From Nemertoderma westbladi (Eukaryota; Animalia; Xenacoelomorpha), in contig JAUCBJ010005712.1 of NCBI GenBank assembly GCA_032718475.1, positions 1 through 64,000 on the forward strand: a stretch of DNA of 64,000 nucleotides, read 5' to 3'. A program made the translations under genes and the position numbers. The notes under the pieces were generated by a model, which did no database searches, was not told the DNA's origin, and was given only the letters and a program-made list of their open reading frames with translations. Numbering within the stretch: position 1 is the stretch's first letter; every line of letters starts with the position of its first letter. Positions 12,601 through 22,357 of this stretch are shown here, in pieces.

Positions 12601-14138
12601 TTGACATCTGCGCAAGTTCATGTTGTTAAAGATCTTCCCAAATATAAGATATCCGACCGGTTTCTTAAAGAGAAGATCAGTTACCAGGAGCATGAAGAAA
12701 CCAACAAGCAGATACTGAGACTCCTGCAATGCTATGAAGATTCCGATAAGTATTTCCTGTTGTTGAGAAATCCACAGATGCGCTTAAGGGATCGTTTCTC
12801 TAGCACAATGATAGATGGGTTAATACGTGTTGGAGGAAGACTCACTAATGCTCCATTATCCTTTGACACTAAATTTCCCATACTCATTAGAAATCTTGAA
12901 ATACAAATCAAGATGATTGTAGATGTTCACAGTAAACTTTACCATGCTGGTAGAGAACGAGTTCTTAGCGAAATCCGAACTTGCTATTATTTTTATAAAC
13001 CCCGTAGAGCTCTGAACCAAGTTCTTAGGAACTGCATACCCTGTAGAAAAGCATTCAGTAGGCCTTTAACACAGCGAGAGGCAGAATTACCTAGGGAACG
13101 AGTAAGCTTCTATGAACCACCCTTTACTAATACCGGTGTGGATTTATTTGGCCCTATTGAGTATATCGTGCTAGGACTCTAGTCAAGAGATGGTGTGTCA
13201 TCTTTGTCTGCATGACTTGCAGAGCTATCCATCTCGATATGGTGAACGATCTATCTACCAACAGCTTCGTATTAAGTTTACGCCGACAGATCGCTCGCTT
13301 CGGAACTAGTAACACGATGAGATCTGATAAGGGAACGAACTTCATTGGTGCCAACAACGAAATTCAGGCTTACGTAAAGGAATGGAACCAAAGACAGGTG
13401 GACGATCAGCTAAGGATCACAGAGTCTAGCTGGACCTTCAACGCTGCCGACGCCCCTTGGTGGGGAGGAAGTTGGGAGAGATTAATTAGAAGTGTAAAGA
13501 CCGCATTTCACTTTATAGTGCCGTGTCGCGCGTATCTCACCGATAAACTTTTGCGGACGTTAATGGAGGAAATCGCCGCCTATCTCAATGAGAGACCGCT
13601 TATGCCAGTCTCATCGAGTCCCGATTCCCTGGAAGCGCTAACACCCACGCACTTCCTACTGAAGAAACCTGTAGCCATGCTCCCACGATCGGAGATCACC
13701 GACGGAGACGAATACTGCCGTCAAACTTGGCAACTTATGCAGTTGCTATCCCGTCGTTTTGCTGACCATTTCGAAAAACATTATCTGCCCACGCTACAAC
13801 TTCGAACTAAGTGGTTTGCGCAGCAAGAAAACGTTAGCGCCGGAGACATGGTGCTTATTGTGGATTCAGACCTTCCACGTAAGCGGTGGCAGACAGGTCG
13901 TATCATCGAGACTCACATCTCGGATGATGGTTTGGTGCGCTCGGTAGAACTCGTCGTCATGCGGCGTAACTTCATGAAACCGGGCATAATCTTCGATACG
14001 CAACAGCTCAACCGCCCAGTTGGTCGTTTATGTTTACTGGAAAGAGACCGAGAACTCTCCGGAAACTATGGAAGGCAAGATACTCTTCCCACGACCACCT
14101 CCCTAATTCCTCAAACATCTAGGGGCTCCCCAACGTAA
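6248..14138 (+). pseudogene. Bel/Pao gag-pol polyprotein, copy 1 (stops and frameshifts)
   Basis: Bel/Pao triple Cys-His motifs CALCDGPHRLSVC, CYNCLRRGHQRRTC and CAKCGAKHHILLH. Protease ALLDSGSTGTF. RT RVVFDGS..DIEGMFLQV..YMDD. RNase H LHVFGDAS, PRAELKAA, YWTDA, NPADIASRG. Integrase HAGR..CIPC, TGVDLFGP, SDKGTNF, PWWGGSWERLIRSVK. Lesions near 6612, 7575, 8580, 11177 and 13160. Confidence 0.96.
7117..7356 (+). repeat. Coding tandem repeat giving an Ala/Glu/Lys-rich helix (AEAERKAAVA-type) in Gag
   Basis: Repeated GCGGCAGTGGCAGAAGCAGCGG..GAAGCGGAAAGAAAA units; a shorter version is in copy 2 at about 31660-31790. Confidence 0.85.
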
Positions 14139-15609
14139 TACGTTTGGAGTGGGTGTGTGACTATATTATTTTATCTATTTTATTATATTTTTATATCTCT
14201 CTATGTATGTATTATTATGTACTTTATTATAATCGTTTTATTTAATTTTATTAAGTAGAATGTTATTTTAGAGATTATTTAGTAGATTAGTGCAATGTAT
14301 ATATATGTTTAATACTTAATTACATGTCTATTAGATATTTAGTGCGACGGCGAGAAATAATTCTTTTTTTCTTTCCTTACTGTCTGTATTATATTATAAA
14401 TGCGAGACTACAGTAAGATGACATGTCCGTACTTATTAAAGTACAATAAAGCTCCTACTATATTCAAGTATTATTGGTAGGCAGAGTATTAGGAATGCAA
14501 AGTTCAGATCCTCATGTCTCGGCTAAACCAAGCTCTGGGTAGACCTTGGAAACGACTTGCCTCTTCACACTGACATTGCTTCGTGCGATATTGCTCTTCT
14601 ACCTTATATTAAATAATACATATAGTAGCGTGATGTCCCTTTAACAGTAGCGTAAAACGCAAAATAAACCTGTTAAAACTTTGACCATCCGTAATTCTAG
14701 TCGATTAAGATATCGCGGTACCCACCGATATACTTGAAAGACAATAATCTAGAATCAGTGGTTAACGTCCCCAGACATGCTCTGGAATAAAATTGTTTCA
14801 ATTTTACCATCAAATAATAAAATTTTCGGGAATAAATTTAAATTCATATCTTTAATGAATTCAATAAATTGTCATTTTATGCAATTTATAACATTCCCAA
14901 AATTCCATTAATTAATAGATCACGGGAGCGGAGATTCACCCTATTGAGTATATTAGAGTGCGAGAATCTCCAATATATAGTCAATAGCCGATAAAATTCA
15001 TAAAATCATGCATAAAGAGGATATTGACAATCAAAGAATTACTATTAAATAGCATCCCAGATCTGTATGCCTGAGAATTACCCTAATTCTACCGCTAGCT
15101 TTCCATAATGTCACCATAGCAACACCCACGCTAGAATTAGAAGCAAGTTAAAAAGAACAATAGAAAGCTTGCCCCATTGCATAGCATAGAGAATACATAG
15201 CACACTGTTAGTATCCAAGGATACATAGTAATAACGTGGCATTCTGGAAGGCATTGACTAACGGACAAATGGCCTGTATGTGTACAATTGGTGACAGTTG
15301 TGTGGAATTTGTGCGTTTATAGGTGAATGTTACTACTAAAGTGTGTTTACAGTAGCGAGTCGCAATTGTGAAAGTAGCCCTAACTCTACCGAAAGAACCT
15401 GAAGTGGATCCAAGCCTTTGGGACGGACAGTGGAGTGACTTGTGCTGGTTATCGTTGTCGTGGTGTAGCTACACGTTGGCGAAAACACCGCGACGACGGT
15501 ACATCGGCGCTGAGAATCCCACTGTCCGGGGGCAGAGAGGGGTAGGCAGCGACGCCCGCTCGCCTAAAATATAAACTCATTATAATATTAATAAACTCAT
15601 ATAGCAGAT

Positions 15610-16008
15610 ATGACGGAGTTGATAGAAGATGATCTTGGTATCAGGGAGCGATATACTCTACCTTTACAAGCGTTTGTGGATAGCTTGATACGCGGCGAAG
15701 CCGATCCAACTACTACGGAGGATGATGGTCGTTATATCGAACCGCCTATGTCCCAGAAGCAACTTACGCGTGAATTGGACTATAGAAAATACACCGCTCG
15801 CTATACGCATCGTAATGGTACATATATGGACTTCTTAACTACCGGCCATCCTATCGATTTACACAATACGGATGATGTAGACACCGAAAGGGAAATGGTT
15901 TTATTTAAATATCATACCCAGTGGAGTCGTAACGATAAACCTAGAGTCGAACGCGAGAGCTTCATTCGAGGCCGACTCGATGGATATAATGTGAAAAGGG
16001 TCTTGTAA
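15610..16008 (+). CDS. Extra ORF region downstream of pol, N-terminal part (unknown function)
   Basis: 132-aa ATG ORF conserved with 40133..40519 in copy 2 over about 115 aa; preceded by an acceptor-like TAGCAG|AT ATG. Confidence 0.6.
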   Translation: MTELIEDDLGIRERYTLPLQAFVDSLIRGEADPTTTEDDGRYIEPPMSQKQLTRELDYRKYTARYTHRNGTYMDFLTTGHPIDLHNTDDVDTEREMVLFKYHTQWSRNDKPRVERESFIRGRLDGYNVKRVL

Positions 16009-16913
16009 AGATAATGGGAGGAGAATCATTGGAGAAAAGGCATACGTTGATGTCCAGGGTCCATAATGTGAATAGTTTTCCCCGGGGCACGGGTGCTCGC
16101 GGGCGGTCTCCTTCGGGATGCTGTAATTTTCTCTTACTTCATAGTATTCCTGTAATTATTGTGATCAGTGTCACAATTAAAGAGCAAGAATGCAGGATGA
16201 CGTAACGGAGAACATGTCCATCGTGGTATCTTATAGATACTACCATACATCTTTCCTCCTCCTCCTCCTTACTACTATTATCCCCATCCATACATCGCCA
16301 TCAAGGAAACCACCCGTTGATGAAGAAACCCTCTTCATCCCATATTCTCTACCCAAAGCGCTCGGAGCTTTTGGGAGACGATCGACCAATCATAGTGGTA
16401 TCTTGGTATCGATCGTGCCACCTCCTACTAAACCTCCCCCCCTTGCTGTTTATCTGGATGCTTATATTGGTGTCCTCACCTCCTGTCCATATACCATTGT
16501 GTTGGTATTTGCAATATCAACTTCCATCCCTCTTGTCGTTGATTAGATAACCAACCACCAATAATTTCCTTAAGTCCACGACCGTGATACAAGGACTGAA
16601 AGGACACGTGGATAGTCTGTGAACAACTGGTACCATTATGTGTCATAAATCTGGTTGTTCACCTCCCTTAATAATTGGGGATAACCTTGTTTGGAGATCG
16701 TCCTCGAATGTTCCAATTCTCCTACTGAGATCGTATTTCGGAATATTGCTGAATTCGACATAGGCCTTCTCCTGCTCTCTACCATCAATGGAAGACATAT
16801 TAGAATGTCACATGAGTTTTCCCCTGCTCCCTACCATCAATGACGGAAAAACATATTAGGCATACGACAAAACATGGAGAACATTCCATATCCTTTCGTG
16901 GATACTCAGCTGA

Positions 16914-18632
16914 TTGCTCCCTGGGCAGAAGGCCGAGGTTTCTTCCGTACCATGTATGCTAATATGTCCAGCAACATCACCAAAGTGCAACGAACTTCCA
17001 TCGGAATACGGATGGAATTTCAAAGTCGGAAATCCTATCAACTATCAACAAATATATGGTGACCATTATTCTCGATTATACTTTGACGGACCATTGACCG
17101 CACCTGGCGCCGTGTATAGCTTCATGAGTGTTCCACTTCGTCCCTCCTTAGCTATATACACGATCTTTGAAAACACCGCACTTGCCGGTTGGGTAGCCGA
17201 TGTGTGCAGTCGTACTATACGCGCCCATCCATTAATACTTGGAACCAAACTCGCCAAGTTAGATGAACATAATAAATTCATCCGCTTTGAATGTTTCAGG
17301 CGCTTTTTAACCCCGTTCCGTAACGTGGATAGCCAATTCAAGGACCGCGCTTTGACCAAGCTCAGCCTAAGAGAATCAGCTGCGGAGAAGTTAGATAGCG
17401 CCGGATTTGCAATTTTCAAAGATATTTGTATACAGAACTTACACTCCTCTGTTATACAAAGACCTCGAATCCCCACAGGTTATTCTGTCGTGGAAATTCA
17501 GACAGTGGGTTCACTTGAGGAGACAGCCACACCTACCTCGGCTATGCACTTGGAAGACGAACCAATATGCTTAGAATCCGAGGAGATACAGCCTACCGCC
17601 CCCCGGAGCAGCGACCACGACTACATCTTAGAATGGTATCAAGGTCCCCAGTGTCTCACCGCATACGACTATCGGCATGCCAACTATGTTTCTCGACAAC
17701 GTTGTCGGTTATGCGCATCGAGAGACCATATTACGCCCATGGACACAAACGTCCCCTGCTCCTATTTACACAAACAACCGTCGATGGAAATCTATTGTGC
17801 ATATTGCCGACTCAATAATTTGCACATTTTTGCGGTCTGCCCCCAATTTATGACTCAATGCCACCATTGTCAACTAAAAGGACATGCCAGTTTTGATTGC
17901 CCTTTTAATCACGATTTAGAGGGCGTAGATGAAATGATTACACTACGTTACATCCGAGCTTGGGAAGCGAACGCTGATTTACATTGTGATTCACGCCATC
18001 GCTATTACCCTAGACGCGCTTACGAAGGAGTTTATGCGTTCCATCCTTATCTATTCGCGTCTGTCAAACAGAAATCACGCATACCGAGCTACAAACTAAT
18101 GAAGCTCGTCGGAGAATGTATTTCAACCAAATTCGTACGCAAATTTCTTAGGAGCGTTAATCCCAACGATATTTATTCCTATAACTTAATCAATTTTATC
18201 CGTCAAGATCCGGAATATGGAGATTTATTTGTCAACTCACATCCCGAGTTACAGGAAGTATATCGACGGCCTTACAAATACCGAGCCCGAGAACGCGAGT
18301 TGGAAAGAACCATTAAACCGAGGAGGTTTCTCACTGCCTATGGTCCGCCCACGGCTCTCGTTCAGACCACTCGTAAAGGACCTGTAAGAGCGGCTGTCCT
18401 AAAATGCGCTCTATAGGCCGTTAGACCTCTCTCCCCCGAAGTTGACGTCGACCAACCAGGCACTTTGACCGGCGGATGCACCGACCATAATCCTACACCC
18501 TCTGATGCAATCGTATTGCACCCTTCACCCAGGAGTTATAGCCCTCCTCGTAAAGTGGCTGGCCCCAAAGAGAAAAAGACTCTGGCTAGCTTTATAAAAC
18601 TGCGTAAACGCCGTCCACGCAAGAAAGACTAA
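16914..18632 (+). pseudogene. Extra ORF (ORF3) encoding a triple zinc-knuckle protein with a basic C-terminal tail; one internal TAG at 18414
   Basis: 500-aa open frame with CRLCASRDH..C, CAYCRLNNLHIFAVC and CHHCQLKGHASFDC (canonical CX2CX4HX4C). The frame stays open after the TAG for 71 more codons and ends KLRKRRPRKKD* at 18632, just before the PPT and LTR. Confidence 0.75.
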
Positions 18633-18702
18633 CTGTTTAGAGTATTTTTGTATTTTAGAAACTGTGATTTTTTATATTTTATAAAATTAAATCCCATTTT
18701 CT

Positions 18703-18710
18703 GGGAGCGG
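18703..18710 (+). promoter_or_regulatory. Short polypurine-tract-like sequence GGGAGCGG before the 3' LTR
   Basis: Abuts the LTR start TGT; identical in copy 2 at 41562-41569. Confidence 0.6.
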
Positions 18711-19907
18711 TGTAAAAGCTTTTGTGGGATATAACTGGCCCTTTTACTTCGTAATCCAGTTTCCCCCCAGGCGCTCAAATACTCTAAAAGGCTCCCTAAC
18801 TCAAATGATGCAAGCTACCGGCTGATTGGCTGATTTGCTGTACGCAGGGCCTCTTTGTTCTGTTCGATCAACCAACCAGAGCAAGATCAACCAACCAGAG
18901 TGATTCATCCTGTGTGTTGGCCAAGGGCTGCAAAAACCCTGATAGTTCGGCATTTAGACATTCGTGGAATCTGTGGAATCTGGAGCTTTGCCAATGAGAG
19001 CTATTCCTCTCTGTGTTGAAAGCTACCTACAACAACCCACTGAGTCAGTGTGTGTTGTTTTGCTATGCCAGAACATCGGCTTGGAATCATTCTGTTTTCA
19101 GACTTTAGCCGAACAACATTAGGCTTTGATTATAGAAACGTATAACTGTTATCAGTACAGCCTAACCTCACACAAATCAGTGTGTGTACTTTTCACCGCA
19201 TTATTTTACTGCTATTTACTGTCGGTTATTAATTGTATCAGTTGATGAATATTGTTATACTTGGAGAATATCGATAAATAACCCAAAAATCCCAATCTTC
19301 TTGATACACTAAAGGTTAGAGAGACCGGTTACATATAGTTATGGTTATATAGTTATAGGTTATATATATTATCGTGGTTTGTAGTGAATCTAATGCTATT
19401 TCATAGATACTACATGAGTCCATTGCTGTTCCCTTTATGTATGGTCAAAGTCAGTGACTGTCGGCAGATCAGTGTGCAGTATTGTGCGATACCGGTAGTG
19501 TGCATGATTGTGACTGATAACTAAGCATCTCCTAAAGAATGCGCCTCATACGTGAATCATAAGCCGTACCGTTGCGTTTAGTATAAGTCATAACTCTGTT
19601 TACATATTTAGAGCGCCACGTCCTAAAGGAACTGTTAATATTTCCCGAAAGTGAATAATATTTGTCAGAGATTATATATTAACGATCAATCGAATAATAC
19701 AGTAGGCTTACACCGCAATAAGGTCAGAGCATCCGAATCCAGTCTCCCGGGTATATCCAGCGGGTGAATGATCGCGCATCGGCTGGCTTCGGCTAATGTA
19801 GTGTTTATTTGTATCAAATACTTGTCATAGGCTAAAGTCGATTTATAAACTAAAAGACATATAAATTTTGGCAGGTTAAACTGCTAAAGGTCTTAAAAGC
19901 GCGAACA
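18711..19907 (+). repeat. 3' LTR of copy 1 (1197 bp)
   Basis: Starts TGTAAAAGC and ends GCGAACA; homologous to the LTRs of copy 2; contains CCAAT-like boxes. Confidence 0.95.
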
Positions 19908-20101
19908 CAGTCGCACAATTTTAATTTGTATCTCATAACTGGGCCTCGTGCTGCGCGAAGGCCCCACGAACGTGTAATTCTGCTTTCTCAATCATTGGCT
20001 GCATGGAAGGAGAGGTTTATAACATTTTTGTTATACTGTTATGAATATTAAAAGTAAAATAATTATTTCTGTAGGCCTATACTTACTGTATTATTATTTT
20101 A

Positions 20102-21612
20102 TCTAATATTATACATCTAATCTCGATGAAATCTCGCTTACTATAGCTCGTTAGATAGGTCTCGCCCTAACTCGTTGCAACGTAATACTCAGAGCCGTCT
20201 GAAGTTCCCCCATCTGCCGCTAGAGGGCGAATTGTCCGATAGTGAAAACCTGATCTCATTGGGTTGTTTTTAAGGCTTTTGAGCTGAAACTTGGTAGCTA
20301 CAGTATATACTGCAGCATAGGCTGTATATTTCCGGAGTCACTGAGTTGTCCACAGTTCCCCAGTCTACCGTTAGAGGGCTAAATGTCTGAGAGTTAACAT
20401 CTTCTCCAACTTTGTTATTTACAATCCGTTTAGACTGAAACTTGGTAGGCATCTACTACAGCATAGGCTGTATCTTTACTGAGTCGCAGAGTCGTCTACA
20501 ATTCCCCAATCTACCGCTAGAGGGCGAAATGTCTGAAAGTTAACATCTTCTCCAACTTTGTTATTTATAATCCATTTAGACTGAACTTGGTAGGCATCTA
20601 CTACAGCATGGGCTATATCTTTACAGAGTCGCCCAGAGTTGTCTACATTACCCGCGTCTGCCGCTAGAGGGCGAAATGTATGAAAGTTAACATCTCCTCC
20701 AACTTTGTTATTTACAATCCTTTTAGACTGAAACTTGGTAGGCATCTACTATAGCATAGGCTATATCTTTGCGGAGTAGTAGAGACGTCTACAGTTCCAC
20801 AGTCAGCCGCTAGAGGGCGAATTGTCTGACAGTGAAAACCTCATCCCATTTGGTTCTTTTTAATCATTTTGAGCTGAAACTTGGTTGGTATCTACTACAT
20901 CATAGGCTGTATCTTTACGGGGTTGCAAAATCCTATTCACTTCCCCAGTCTACCGCTAGAGGGTGAAATGTCTGAAAGTTAACATCTTCTCCAACTTTTT
21001 TATTTACTAACGGTTTAGACTGAAACTTGGTAGGCATCTACTACAGCATAGGCTGTACCTTTGCGGAGTTACAGAGTTGTATACAGTCCCCCCATCTGCC
21101 GCTAGAGGGCGACATATCTGATAGTGAACACCTCATCCCATTTGGTTCTTTTTAATCCTATTGAGCTGAAACTTGGCAGGAATCTACTACAGCATATTCT
21201 GTATCTTTACGGAGTCCCAGAATCGTCTACAGTTCTTCAGTCTACCGCTAGAGGGTGAAATGTCTGAATGTGAACATCTACACCAATTTTGTTATTTACA
21301 ATCTGTTTAAGCTGAAACTTGAAAGGCAGGCATTATACTTCACCATAAACCCCATCTTTACCAAACTGCTGCGCCGTCTGCATTTCACCAGTCCGCAGGT
21401 CGAGGGTGGATCTGAAAGTGATCATTTTCTGGAAATTTTGTTATTTACAATCTGCCTAAAGTTGAAACTTGACAGTTATCTCTTATGGGGGTGGTGTTTT
21501 ATTTAATGATGGTGTCTGTTCCGTATGCAGTTCTCAAATCTCCCACACATATTCATATATCATCTGCACGTGCACTAGAAAGCTGTGGCCCAAAGGGCCA
21601 CAGGCTTTCTAG
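20102..21612 (+). mobile_element. Non-autonomous Helitron
   Basis: 5' A|TCTAATATT. 3' hairpin CTGTGGCCC-AAA-GGGCCACAG (21583-21603) followed by CTAG|T (21609-21612). The 5' ~110 bp are shared with the adjacent RepHel-bearing Helitron. Confidence 0.85.
20200..21320 (+). repeat. About 146-bp tandem array (8 units), each with a CCGCTAGAGGGC-type motif
   Basis: Motif starts at 20217, 20368, 20514, 20661, 20807, 20953, 21099 and 21245. Confidence 0.9.
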
Positions 21613-22357
21613 TCTAATATACATAAATATCGATTGTCTGTCTGTAATCATCTATACAATCGAACCCATATCGATGAAATCTCGCATGCTATAGCTCGTT
21701 AATTAGAAAGGTCTCGCCCTAACTCGTTGCAACGTAATACTCAGAGCCGTCTGAAGTTCCCCCGTCTGCCGCTAGAGGGCGATTTCGAGATTTTCGGGCG
21801 AAATTTATCGAATTATTTCGGTTCTTCTATCGGTAATTAATTATTTAGAGGGGAAAAATTTATCCCATCAGGTATAAAATTAACATGGGTAGATTCGCCG
21901 TGTCCCATTCTCACAAAGTTTTTATTTTATTCGAGTGTGTTTAATATAAATATGTATAATTATTTATTGATTAAAAATCAAATAGTGTATAAATATGTCA
22001 TATTCGCCAAGCACGATCGAATTCGCCTATAATATTGAATGGGGAAGGATTTTTATCTGTATCATAGCAACGTTAGGTAATTATCAGTACCAGTCAGCCA
22101 GTACCAGTATCTCCTGATATCACCTACCAGCAGATCACTAACACTGAACAGCAGACAGAACAGCTGAACACCTAGGCCTAGATCTGTAGGTCAGTAAGTA
22201 GGTCCATCTGTCTGTCTGTCTGTACCCTATACCAGTAGTCTACCGGCAGATTGGTAGGCCTACTGCGGAACTGCGGTATCTAGATTACCAGTCTACCAGG
22301 AACCAGTCTGCCAGTGCAACAGTGCGGTGCGGTAGCGGTACTGAGGTACGGTACCTT

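Larger units (their letters stand above)
56..19907 (+). mobile_element. Bel/Pao LTR retrotransposon copy 1 (5' LTR truncated by the adapter, internal 3-kb duplication, defective)
   Basis: LTR sequences at 56-911 and 18711-19907. Single gag-PR-RT-RH-IN polyprotein in Bel/Pao order. Closely similar to the copy at 27172-42799. Confidence 0.95.

Noticed and set aside
7035-13357. Minus-strand and alternate-frame ORFs overlapping gag-pol (also 31463-37727)
   Set aside because: These are shadow ORFs of the coding strand and of the Ala-rich repeat, with no independent motifs.
16914-18416. ORF3 as an envelope glycoprotein
   Set aside because: No signal peptide, fusion-protein pattern or C-terminal transmembrane anchor is visible; it has zinc knuckles and a basic tail instead.
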